Below, one piece after another: positions 9,465 through 18,721 of a DNA stretch of 56,497 nucleotides. Under the pieces are notes generated by a model. It was not told the DNA's origin and ran no database searches. It saw nothing but the letters and a program-made list of their open reading frames with translations. The DNA comes from Candidatus Thorarchaeota archaeon (GTDB lineage Archaea; Asgardarchaeota; Thorarchaeia; Thorarchaeales; Thorarchaeaceae). How positions within the stretch are numbered: the first letter of the stretch is position 1; each line of letters begins with the position of its first letter. The translations under genes and the position numbers were made by a program. The stretch is from assembly GCA_048882965.1 (NCBI GenBank), contig JBHLRC010000003.1, positions 1 through 56,497 of the forward strand, written 5' to 3'.

Positions 9465-10328
9465 CTACTCTTCTTTTCCTTTGTTTTTCGGTACTCTTAA
9501 TCCACCCGTTCCTGCCGTAAGCGCGACAGATGCTCCTGTTGCCAATCCAACTTCTGGAAGGCTTGCAGGAATCATAATGATCAGGTTGGCGTTCTTTGAT
9601 ATCTCCTGCATGATGTTCCATTGCCGAAGTGCAAAACCAACATTTGACTCCTCATAGATACGAGCTGCTTTCAGCATGTTCTCTGAAGCTTCAAGTTCAG
9701 CTGTAGCTAATGTTACACGAGCTCTCCGTTCTCTCTCTGCTTGAGCCTCTCGACTCATAGCATCTTGAAGTGCTGAGGGAATCACGACATCACGAATTTC
9801 GACACTGGTTACTTTTACACCCCAGTGTTCGGTTTTCTCGTCAATAAGTTCCTGTAGATGTCCTGCAATCTGATCTCTCTCTGATAGAAGCTGGTCTAGT
9901 GTGACCTTTCCTGTTGTTTCCCTTAGTGTAGTCTGAGCAGCGAGCTCTACAGCAACTGTGTATCGTTCTACACTAAGAATTGCCTTCTCGACATCAATGA
10001 CTCTGAAGTACATAACAGCGTCTACGACTACCGGGACGTTGTCCTTTGTTAATGAACGTTCAGTCTTGAAGGCATAGGTAAGTAGCCTAAGTGAAACCTT
10101 CATAGCAACCTTATCAAGGATGGGTGTTACCCAGATGACTCCGGGTCCTCTTATGTGTTTGAATTTACCCAATCTGAGGATTGCAACACGTTCCCATTCC
10201 TTTAGGACCTTTATTCCACTCGCGACAAACATCAGAATGAAAAACAGGATCACTATCAGGAACATCATCGTTAAATATGGATCCAATATCTGCAATTCTT
10301 TCTTGCTCCTTCCTTCCGTACACACCAT
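9465..10328 (-). CDS. SPFH/stomatin (band 7) protein; true start probably TTG near 10295
   Basis: EWERVAILRLG, TKDNVPVVVDAV, AQTTLR, AQAERERRA motifs. Confidence 0.95.
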   Translation of the reverse strand: MVCTEGRSKKELQILDPYLTMMFLIVILFFILMFVASGIKVLKEWERVAILRLGKFKHIRGPGVIWVTPILDKVAMKVSLRLLTYAFKTERSLTKDNVPVVVDAVMYFRVIDVEKAILSVERYTVAVELAAQTTLRETTGKVTLDQLLSERDQIAGHLQELIDEKTEHWGVKVTSVEIRDVVIPSALQDAMSREAQAERERRARVTLATAELEASENMLKAARIYEESNVGFALRQWNIMQEISKNANLIIMIPASLPEVGLATGASVALTAGTGGLRVPKNKGKEE

Positions 10329-10347
10329 TGTGTAGACGAACGGTATT

Positions 10348-10367
10348 AACGGGTTATGAAACCCGTT
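10348..10367. promoter_or_regulatory. Perfect palindrome AACGGGTT-N4-AACCCGTT upstream of the SPFH-NfeD operon; candidate operator
   Basis: 8-bp inverted repeat seen directly; function inferred from position. Confidence 0.4.
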
Positions 10368-10433
10368 TTCAAATAGACATTAAGTTTGAAGTCTTATGAA
10401 GCTTCGTCTCTGAACATTTAGAATAAAGATGGT

Positions 10434-10463
10434 GTCGGAGGAATGCCCGTTAATTCCTCCGAC
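10434..10463 (-). terminator. 11-bp perfect hairpin downstream of the ECF-S gene (terminator-like or structured RNA)
   Basis: GTCGGAGGAAT / ATTCCTCCGAC with an 8-nt loop. Confidence 0.45.
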
Positions 10464-10513
10464 GGGTGAGCTCTGCGCTTTTCATTCTTCGTGCGAGCTA
10501 GACTCTTCCTCCT

Positions 10514-11320
10514 CTAAGTTTCATAATCGATTTCCTCAGGAGAAAGCTCAAGTTGCTCCTTACTTTCCCATGGTGAAACTGGAAGCTCGAAACCTGTTTG
10601 AACAATTGCCTCACTCACAGCAATTAAAATAATAGTCAAGACAAAGGTGGCTATTATGCGTTCAACAGGATAGACGAATATTATTGAGAGCCAGATGCCA
10701 ACCAATGTCGGAACATCCATAGCCAAGATATAGTGGAAATAGTAAACTCCAGCTGTGGTCCCAACCATATGGTCTGTCAGTAAAGCTATGAAGCTGAATA
10801 GGAAAATTGCAACTGGCATTATTTTCAGATCTCGACTTCTTTCAAAGGAAACTGACTCTTTTAATCTGTTATAGATACTCGGTACAAGTAAGATGAGTAG
10901 TAAAACGAATGCTATCAGATGGAGCCAGATGAAGAGAAATGCTGGAATGCCAATTGGACCAACAATATAACCAACCATCGCTATAAGAAAAACCAAGACT
11001 AGCTCTCTAACACGACCAGTTCTCAAAGCACCTGCAGCAAATGCTCCCGCAGTAGGCGCTAAAACTGGGACAATTGGTCCAAGTATTCCTCCAAGATTGA
11101 AAATCCCTGTGCCAACTAGAGATCCAGCTAGTACAGCGATAGTTCCATAGAATGGGCCTAGTAGAAATCCAACAATCGGTGCTGATACCATACCCCACGT
11201 TAGAAAGCCTCCTCCAGTACCAAGTACTGAATATGGAAGGAAGGTGAGAACTAGATGAAAGGCACCAAAGATTCCAGTGAGTGCCCAGGGATACGCAACT
11301 GATTTTGTAAAGTTTGACAT
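10514..11320 (-). CDS. ECF transporter S-component-like membrane protein
   Basis: Multi-TM; N-terminal ALTGIFGAFHLVL and APIVGFLLGPFYGTIAVLAGSLVG patterns typical of S components. Confidence 0.65.
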   Translation of the reverse strand: MSNFTKSVAYPWALTGIFGAFHLVLTFLPYSVLGTGGGFLTWGMVSAPIVGFLLGPFYGTIAVLAGSLVGTGIFNLGGILGPIVPVLAPTAGAFAAGALRTGRVRELVLVFLIAMVGYIVGPIGIPAFLFIWLHLIAFVLLLILLVPSIYNRLKESVSFERSRDLKIMPVAIFLFSFIALLTDHMVGTTAGVYYFHYILAMDVPTLVGIWLSIIFVYPVERIIATFVLTIILIAVSEAIVQTGFELPVSPWESKEQLELSPEEIDYET

Positions 11321-11399
11321 TGAGGTCTCTCCAATTTAGTGTACATTAGTAAACTACATAGGTAGGATTGTACACTGAGTCTGCATACAAAACCGCTAT

Positions 11400-12749
11400 T
11401 TGAAGATGTTGGGAATGGAATTTACTAAAAAAACGGAGGCATTATGGCCTTACCTTCTCTTTTTGCCCTCGGAGTCCTCGAGCCGTGATGAGTTCATTCG
11501 TTCAGTTCTTGGATCACGGTTGGCTCGTGGAGTGCTCACAAGTTTTGATGAATCGGGCCGTGTACTTCAAAGAGATTTGGTGGAACATCTCACTCACTCT
11601 AACAAAAGCATTCTATCATACCTTAAGACATTGAAGCAATTCGGACTGATAAAGACAGGATCCACTATTCACAACGGAAAGCGTGTAGTTTATCATGAAC
11701 TGACCAGAAGTGGCTGGGGCTTCGCGAGATTCTACTTTGAAGGTCTTCCTTCAGACGTTGAAGAATTGACAGCCTTTCTTCTTGAGGACTATTTGGTTCG
11801 ATTGGCTACGCTATATCGAGAAAAGGGCTTACCAGAATCGACATTATTTGAGATATTCGCACGAACCAGAGCCAAAGCCATTCTTGAGGGTTCCAAGAAA
11901 TACGAAAGTCCTGATTATGTGATTTTTGGCGCCTCTGCTTATTTCACTCATGTTGATTGTGAGAAGCTGCCACCGCTCGGGGGACTCACGAGTTGTAGTT
12001 CTCCACAACGCCACTTTGGAGGTTCTACAGTTGAACTAGCTTTGGCATTATCCAGCGAAGGGCTGGAAACCTCGCTTATCTCATCCGTGGGAAATGATAT
12101 GGACGGGTGGAATATTATTGCTCATCTCATACAAGGTAATGTTGACGTCCGGCATATTGTCGTTGAGGATAATAAGAAAACTAACGAGTCAATAATAATA
12201 AATGAACCAAAGGGACCACGAACTCTTGTTGGAGTCAGCCCCTCTACGTCTCTCTCTATCACATCGCCTTCTCAGGTGCCTTGGAAGGTTGTAGAGAATG
12301 CAAAAGCCATCTATATTGGTGAGTTGTTTATAGAGGTAGCGGCTTCAGTAGCTGCAAATGCTAGGACAAATGGGATTCCTGTTTTCTATCGTTGTTCTAT
12401 CCCATATTGGGAACTAGGACTTCAAAGACTAAAACCCGTTCTCTCACAAGTTGATTATCTATTGATATCAAATCAAGCATGGAAATATATCAAGAAATCT
12501 GTCAAACCAAGACCGCTCGTAACAATACGGAAGATGACAGATGCAACAATGATTATTCGGGATTATCCACATAGGTATAAAATAATGGCAAAGGATAGCG
12601 ACGCCGAATTTGTTGAGTGTGGGGCCACAACCAACGATATTACTCAATGGACTGTAGCTGGTTTGATGCAGGAAATAGTGGGGGGATCGGGCATACTTGA
12701 GGCACTGGAGTCTGCTATCAAGTATGAGGAAATTCGATTAGCTGCTTGA
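11400..12749 (+). CDS. Winged-helix domain fused to a degenerate PfkB/ribokinase domain (probable regulator)
   Basis: wHTH QRDLVEHLTHSNKSILSYLKTLKQFGLI; PfkB-like FGGS...LISSVGNDMDG; the C-terminal DTxGAGD signature is absent. Confidence 0.75.
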   Translation: MKMLGMEFTKKTEALWPYLLFLPSESSSRDEFIRSVLGSRLARGVLTSFDESGRVLQRDLVEHLTHSNKSILSYLKTLKQFGLIKTGSTIHNGKRVVYHELTRSGWGFARFYFEGLPSDVEELTAFLLEDYLVRLATLYREKGLPESTLFEIFARTRAKAILEGSKKYESPDYVIFGASAYFTHVDCEKLPPLGGLTSCSSPQRHFGGSTVELALALSSEGLETSLISSVGNDMDGWNIIAHLIQGNVDVRHIVVEDNKKTNESIIINEPKGPRTLVGVSPSTSLSITSPSQVPWKVVENAKAIYIGELFIEVAASVAANARTNGIPVFYRCSIPYWELGLQRLKPVLSQVDYLLISNQAWKYIKKSVKPRPLVTIRKMTDATMIIRDYPHRYKIMAKDSDAEFVECGATTNDITQWTVAGLMQEIVGGSGILEALESAIKYEEIRLAA

Positions 12750-13679
12750 TGAAGCTGCTATCCAGAAAAAGAGGCCTCCAAGTATCCAGACGAAAAGTCC
12801 AGCACCTAGAATTATCCCGAGGGTGGCACCCATACCCGATGAGCCAAGATTGACATGCATGTTAGTGAATTTCTTGAAACCGCCAACGTATTTTGTTTCA
12901 TAACTGCAGTGGAACTCCTTGTCTGTAATCGCACCACAGATTTCGCAGACGAATCTATTCTGAAGTACAGCTCCAAAAAGACTGTCAAGATTGCATCCGA
13001 TGAATGCAGTTAGGACTGACAATGGCACTAGAATAATTAGCTGCTCATTGGTAGTTATTGCTGGGACCAAACCTGGTGCAACAAAAGCTATGACGAGTGC
13101 AAGGGTTCCAATGAATAAGCCAGCAAATAAGGCGGCACCTTCACCAAGAAGTGAAACTGCTCCGATAGTTCCTCGTGGGACTTTGCGCCGCAAATTGGTG
13201 ATAAGCCGGGGTTTACTTTTGCTGAATACACCAATCTCGCTTGCCAACGTATCCGCACTTGTCGTAGCAACAGCTCCTATGTACCCACCAAACATAAGAA
13301 ATGGCCAACCAGCAGCTGCGAGACTAGGTGCTATTTCAGGGCCAGTCATATACATCCCTATTGAGAAGATCATAGGGATGATTCCACTTCCAAAGACATT
13401 AGACCATGAACGCTTTCCTTTTCCTTCTTGAGCGAGATTCTGCTTAGCCTTCTCTTTGTACTTCATCTTAGTTGCTAGACCTGCACTTAGGAAAAAGAAC
13501 AGAATGATGACAAATGATACAACTCCACCCGTATACCAAATAGTGAAACCTACAACAAATGCGCTGATTAGACCTGAGATGTCGACAAAATTCAGCTTGT
13601 ACGCTAAAGCACCTACTATTGTCATAACCAATAATCCGGATACAGCCGGATTGGCCAGAATATCCAGCATTCTCTTCAC
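12738..13679 (-). CDS. DUF92/TMEM19-family membrane protein
   Basis: RSWSNVFGSG, SADTLASEIG, GAVSLLGE, DSLFGAVLQ motifs; CEICG zinc ribbon. Confidence 0.9.
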   Translation of the reverse strand: MKRMLDILANPAVSGLLVMTIVGALAYKLNFVDISGLISAFVVGFTIWYTGGVVSFVIILFFFLSAGLATKMKYKEKAKQNLAQEGKGKRSWSNVFGSGIIPMIFSIGMYMTGPEIAPSLAAAGWPFLMFGGYIGAVATTSADTLASEIGVFSKSKPRLITNLRRKVPRGTIGAVSLLGEGAALFAGLFIGTLALVIAFVAPGLVPAITTNEQLIILVPLSVLTAFIGCNLDSLFGAVLQNRFVCEICGAITDKEFHCSYETKYVGGFKKFTNMHVNLGSSGMGATLGIILGAGLFVWILGGLFFWIAASSSS

Positions 13680-14019
13680 ATCCAGGTTTTGTAATTGTTC
13701 TCAAACATTAGTCATTTCAGTCGAAAGCATCATTGAATGTTCTATGAGCATATATTATATACTACTTGTTGGGTCCGGTTACCAACCTGCGGCCCAAATT
13801 TTGCATTTATAGCTTTGCCTTAGGAACCCCTAAGTCCAACGATTAATTAGCCAATATAACAATTTTCATCTGAATATCGGCAAAAGTCGAATCATAATTA
13901 CACGAAGAATGAATCGGCAAAGGCCGTAATGTTTGTATCTTCCAGAAGAAGCAATCATAAGTTTCTATTAGTGAAACAGAGACTTATGATTATTTTATGG
14001 CTATAGAACTCACTCAGTT

Positions 14020-17000
14020 CTAGTACACTGTAAATTGCCGCTTTACCATCTCAAGCGCTCTTGCAGGAAGAGGTCTGCCAGAATCCAGAACAATAGCATC
14101 AACATAATATCCCGTAACAACATCGATAGGCGGAGTCACCCAATTAATTCTGACAATGTTTGTTTTTGCTTCAGGGTCTGGTAATGGTACTTCAAATTCT
14201 TTGATAACATCTCGTCTTGACATGATCCGAACGCATAGGGTCAAGTCACCAATTTTGTCACCAATGCTTTCGATTTTGGTGATGATTTCTATTGTTGATA
14301 GTCTTGCCACAAGTCCGGGTATCTCATCTCCTGTTTCATTTCTGATTGAGAATTCTATCTTGAAAAGTGGTGACTCTATTGCCTTAATCTTGAACCTTTC
14401 TTTCTTCTCATAAGACTTCTTTCCACACCTTAGTGTTGCTCGTAGATGAGCTGTGCTCATCTCTGCACTCAAAGGGACTCTGACTGGTATTGGAAACAAT
14501 CTCTCTTCTTTTGGCTGAAGGCTAATTTCCTGCGATAGAAGGTCTCGGTTTCCACCAACTGATTCTAATTCAACAGTGAGAATACAGCTACTGTTTTCCT
14601 CTAAATTGCTAGTGAGTTGCACAGTTGGCTGTATCAATTCATCTGGAGCCGCAAAATTAGGTAGTCCGATAAATTCAATCTGTGCGATATCCATGGCGGG
14701 CCCTCCTAACAAGCTTATCTCTGTTGATCTTTGATCCACTTCAACTCCTGCATAGCTTAGTGTAGCTACTAGTTTGATTGATTGATGATCTGAATCAACT
14801 CGTGGCGCTGGAATAGTCACGGGCCCAAAAGCTACCGAGAGATTCTTACTTTGTTTTACAGGCTGACTAAGCACATGGTGTTCATCCTCATCGGGATATA
14901 CAAAAGACATATTGAGAATTGCAGGGTCACCCGTTTCAGTGTTCCTTCTTATTCTCAACCATCCAGAAATTTTACCTCCTATATGTGAGTGTTGAGGAAC
15001 TCTGAGTGAATCAATATTGACCAGAGTGGTAACCTGTTCGATTCTTAATCTATCTGACTCAGATGATGCAATTTCCTTTCCACCATCTTTCAAAATTGCT
15101 TTCAATATTCCTACCCTATCAGCTGGACTCTCCACTGATATAGCTGGTATCTTCCAGTGAAAGCTTACTATACCTTGAGAAATCTCTTCCTTAAGGAATT
15201 CCTCTATGAGATGTGTTCTCCCAGAATCACTCTTGAATTCCAGTACAACCCTTGAGTTTGGGCTAACTTTCTTTCCAAGATTCTTGACCACTATCTCCCC
15301 TGAAACCAGATCTCCAAGTTTATAGCTACTCTTCAGATCTGCGTTGATTATCACCTGAGGCCCTCTCTTGACAAAACCAACATAGAACGGTTTTGATACT
15401 GCTTCAGAAATTTCTGTACCATCTTGATTTAGAAGTTGTAATTGAAGTATGCATCTTTCTACTCCGCTCGCAGCATCTGATGGGACAAGGATGGGAAGGA
15501 ATTTTGTCTGGTCGATTTTCGTAGCTTCACTACTCTCAACCTGAATTGTGTCTCCAGAGGAAACAAGAACTTTCTCAATTCCAGGGGCGATAACACTGAT
15601 TTGACAATTAACCTTGGTCTGTGTTGGATAGTTGGTTTCTATTTGTCCATTGAAGAGGACAGGAGTTTTCCCATCTGCAAATTGAGTTGTCGTTCCCGGT
15701 TGTATTGATGCTTTCATCCAGTACATATTGATAGTACTGGTTAAGCTTATGACTCTCCCCACGAATCCAACTTCTGTAATAATATTGTAGGCTGTGATAT
15801 TTTTCCTTGTTTCAAAGGACACTTCCAATACATGAATTTCTCCATTCTGGATAGTAGGAATAGTCAGTACCTTGTTTTCTACAGGATTCCGCTCAGAATC
15901 TTCTATTGTGTATGAGATTGAGATATCCTCAAGTTGTCGACCTGTGGAATTCTTCACTAATATATTAAAATGAACATTTTGTCCAGCAAACACTCTCTCA
16001 ACATCAGTGACAATTTCTGGTTCGAGTCCTTTCCACCAGCATAACCATGTGGGTAAATGTGGTGTTCCTTCTATTGGATCGTACAACCAATTGGTACTAC
16101 ATTCTCTAGTAACCTCTGCGAGCCTCTTCATCAACACGACCATGTTGTTGTCAGATTTTGCGTATACATCTAGTTGAAAGTCTGCTCCTGTTGTCCTTGA
16201 CTCAACAAACTCGCTACCAAATACCGACACAAGTATTGCTTGCATGAATGGATTCTCGATTATGTTTAACTCTTCAAGCTCTTCTCTAATTAGGTACAAC
16301 ATAGAAACAACAGCGTCTCCAAGAAAACGGTTCTTTTTGTTTTCATCGACAAGTCCTTCATCGGTTATCTGAAAGTTGTAGATTCGGAGATAATCTGAGC
16401 CCTTTCCTCCTGCACCTGGTCTAAAAGGTCCCCACAAACCTGCTGATAGTGCTGACTCCCTATTTGCTGCCAGCGTCTTGGGACTTACATCTGGAATGGT
16501 TTCTCCTCTCTCAAGCATTCTTTTTGCCTTTAGTGCTAATGCTTGAAGTAAAAGCGCAAGACCCATTCTTCGTGGAATTGAAAGTTGTGTATCGAACACT
16601 CGAATCTCAATTGTTCCATAATCTGTGAATGGATACATATCCACCATTCGCGAATAGCTACGATTGACATGGCGCGCAAAAGCTTCTTTGTCAGTCCCAC
16701 GCAGGTATGGTATCAACTCAAACTCATTATTTGGTCCCATCTGTGTGGTGTTCCTAAATAATCGAATGGATCTCTTACATCTTGGTGCTCGCAATCTCCC
16801 CTCATCAGAGATTGAAACCTCGTCACTTGGCTTTTTATTTTCAAACGGTGAGTTGACTGAGAGTGCAATTAGATGAGGTAGGAAATTCCGTATCATGTTG
16901 TAGACTGCTAACTTTGTTTTTTCATCAGTATTTGGACTTAGTATGTGATGGTGTTCTCCAAAGGATAAGTTTCTCAGATACTCTTGGGTGGGATTAAGCC

Positions 17001-17454
17001 CTGTCGAGATCAGGATAGCTTTGGAATCCACTGGAAGGGAATCCTGAGAGATCGCAATTAATGTCTGAATCCACCACGCGAGTTCTTCAAGTGTTGTACA
17101 AGGTGGAGTAGCGATTTCAAGTATCCATGTAAGGCTTGTTACATTTGGATCGTGTCCAAGTAGTGTATACTCCTTATGTACTCCATCTGGATTCTCATAC
17201 TCTACAGTAATCCTTGAACCTCTCTCTCCTTCCTCTGTCTGTGCTGACTGTTTGTATTTTTGCCTCACAGATTCTACTGATGAAGATCGAATCTTCTTAT
17301 CAAGCAGACTCTTTGCATTTGACACGATTCGATCAAACACCTCAAGTATGTCTTCTCCACGAATCCAGGTACCATCTTTTCGGATAACTTGGAGCTCCAC
17401 CTCTATCCCATGCGGGAATGGTAGCTGCATTTCCGAGTTTTCCGTTGAACTCAT
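14020..17454 (-). CDS. GCS2/YbdK-type carboxylate-amine ligase domain fused to ~650 aa of predicted Ig-like beta-sandwich domains
   Basis: HGIEVELQVI, LEIATPPC, GEHHHI, ALSVNSPF and YGTIEIRVFDTQ motifs. The C-terminal half shows alternating beta-strand patterns. Start ATG 17454 follows AGGTG. Confidence 0.85.
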   Translation of the reverse strand: MSSTENSEMQLPFPHGIEVELQVIRKDGTWIRGEDILEVFDRIVSNAKSLLDKKIRSSSVESVRQKYKQSAQTEEGERGSRITVEYENPDGVHKEYTLLGHDPNVTSLTWILEIATPPCTTLEELAWWIQTLIAISQDSLPVDSKAILISTGLNPTQEYLRNLSFGEHHHILSPNTDEKTKLAVYNMIRNFLPHLIALSVNSPFENKKPSDEVSISDEGRLRAPRCKRSIRLFRNTTQMGPNNEFELIPYLRGTDKEAFARHVNRSYSRMVDMYPFTDYGTIEIRVFDTQLSIPRRMGLALLLQALALKAKRMLERGETIPDVSPKTLAANRESALSAGLWGPFRPGAGGKGSDYLRIYNFQITDEGLVDENKKNRFLGDAVVSMLYLIREELEELNIIENPFMQAILVSVFGSEFVESRTTGADFQLDVYAKSDNNMVVLMKRLAEVTRECSTNWLYDPIEGTPHLPTWLCWWKGLEPEIVTDVERVFAGQNVHFNILVKNSTGRQLEDISISYTIEDSERNPVENKVLTIPTIQNGEIHVLEVSFETRKNITAYNIITEVGFVGRVISLTSTINMYWMKASIQPGTTTQFADGKTPVLFNGQIETNYPTQTKVNCQISVIAPGIEKVLVSSGDTIQVESSEATKIDQTKFLPILVPSDAASGVERCILQLQLLNQDGTEISEAVSKPFYVGFVKRGPQVIINADLKSSYKLGDLVSGEIVVKNLGKKVSPNSRVVLEFKSDSGRTHLIEEFLKEEISQGIVSFHWKIPAISVESPADRVGILKAILKDGGKEIASSESDRLRIEQVTTLVNIDSLRVPQHSHIGGKISGWLRIRRNTETGDPAILNMSFVYPDEDEHHVLSQPVKQSKNLSVAFGPVTIPAPRVDSDHQSIKLVATLSYAGVEVDQRSTEISLLGGPAMDIAQIEFIGLPNFAAPDELIQPTVQLTSNLEENSSCILTVELESVGGNRDLLSQEISLQPKEERLFPIPVRVPLSAEMSTAHLRATLRCGKKSYEKKERFKIKAIESPLFKIEFSIRNETGDEIPGLVARLSTIEIITKIESIGDKIGDLTLCVRIMSRRDVIKEFEVPLPDPEAKTNIVRINWVTPPIDVVTGYYVDAIVLDSGRPLPARALEMVKRQFTVY

Positions 17455-17464
17455 ATTCTCACAC

Positions 17465-18124
17465 CTAGAAAGAAGCAAGCATACTCAGGATTTGAATAAC
17501 CAGATCCTTATTCTCTACCACTTGACGAGAGAGAGTCAGTTCAGACACCAACAGAGTCTTTCTATCCTCAAATGACTTCGTAATCTCGTATGTTAAAGGA
17601 CCACCACCAAATTCACCTTCATCTACTACTACCTTTAGACCTATTCTCTCCAACTCTGCTTCCAATTTCTTTGTTCTAATTGATTCACCCAACTTGTATC
17701 TACTTCCTCTAATGACAATTCTCTCTTTCTCAAGCGGTGGAGCGAGTTGCGACCATCTTAAATTAATCACATACTCTAATTGTCTCTTCTGGTCCTCAGC
17801 ATGAATCATGTTTACTATACTTTCTATTGTCAAGTTGGACTCACTTCGATCTCCTGCTTTGATCAGAGATGGAATATTTCTCCCGCGCCCCCTCTCTTGT
17901 AGTATTCTCTGCAAAGGATCGCCTTGAATAAGACCTGAGAGAACGCATACTAGACCTTTTGATTCTCCTTGAACGAATTCCCCACTTGAGGAGAAATCAC
18001 TTACTTTCATCTCACGTTCAATGGACTGGAGTGCAGTATTCAAATTCAGAAGTACGTCTAGTAAGTTATGTAGAACATTCTCTGTGTGTTCAAGTTCTTT
18101 TAGGAGATTTCTGGACTTACTCAT
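17465..18124 (-). CDS. Hypothetical protein, possibly degenerate N-formylglutamate amidohydrolase (Zn-carboxypeptidase fold)
   Basis: C-terminal EFGGGPLTYEI...LLVSELTLSRQV resembles the FGase F-x-GG-x-IT...IQIEIS motif; ends 10 nt before the ligase start. Confidence 0.45.
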   Translation of the reverse strand: MSKSRNLLKELEHTENVLHNLLDVLLNLNTALQSIEREMKVSDFSSSGEFVQGESKGLVCVLSGLIQGDPLQRILQERGRGRNIPSLIKAGDRSESNLTIESIVNMIHAEDQKRQLEYVINLRWSQLAPPLEKERIVIRGSRYKLGESIRTKKLEAELERIGLKVVVDEGEFGGGPLTYEITKSFEDRKTLLVSELTLSRQVVENKDLVIQILSMLASF

Positions 18125-18203
18125 AGGAAAGGACCACTCTCTATTTCCCAAACGAGAGGGAATGCAAATGAATCGTTATTATCTTTGTTAGTTCTACAAT
18201 AAG

Positions 18204-18641
18204 CTAAACATCTGCTATGAGTTCAATCAATTCTGCAATCTTCTCTCGTAGCTCTTTCAACCTATACCAAGTAGATTCGCGACCACTCTGTTCCATGAGT
18301 TTCTGGATAATGATGTTGTAATCCATCCCTGCTAGGTCTCCCAGAATTACCATGGCACGTTCCGATTTGAAATGAGACTCATTGACTCGTCCATCATTGT
18401 ATCTCTTTACGAGTGGTAACAATGCCTTCTCTGCGGAATCAACATTGATTAGAGCTTGCCTGTAATGCTCCTTAGGATCCTTGATAGCATAGCCGCCTAT
18501 TAGTGGTGTCATTCCAACACCTACTGATCCTTTGTTTATTTCATCGAGTGAGTCTTGAACTGCTTCGAAATACTCGTCACCATCTTCCAGACATTTTCTG
18601 ATAGCTCGGAGCACTCTTGGTCTATCCTCACTCTTCGCCAA
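18204..18641 (-). CDS. Hypothetical helical protein (145 aa)
   Basis: GAGGTG SD, TTG start, clean ORF co-oriented with the ligase cluster. Confidence 0.7.
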   Translation of the reverse strand: MAKSEDRPRVLRAIRKCLEDGDEYFEAVQDSLDEINKGSVGVGMTPLIGGYAIKDPKEHYRQALINVDSAEKALLPLVKRYNDGRVNESHFKSERAMVILGDLAGMDYNIIIQKLMEQSGRESTWYRLKELREKIAELIELIADV

Positions 18642-18676
18642 CCCCTCACCTCATAGAATTAGAAAAGAAGAAACTG

Positions 18677-18707
18677 GCACGGGTGGTTGTAAGCAACACC
18701 CGTGTCT
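18677..18707 (-). terminator. Hairpin plus U-rich tract after oppF
   Basis: CACGGGTG-GTTG...CAAC-ACCCGTG followed on the minus strand by TTTCTTCTTTT. Confidence 0.55.
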
Positions 18708-18721
18708 TGTAATCATTGTAA

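Noticed and set aside
14020-17454. Calling the ligase gshA or pafA
   Set aside because: The motifs support the GCS2 fold only. Substrate cannot be determined, and no Pup-like small ORF was recognised.
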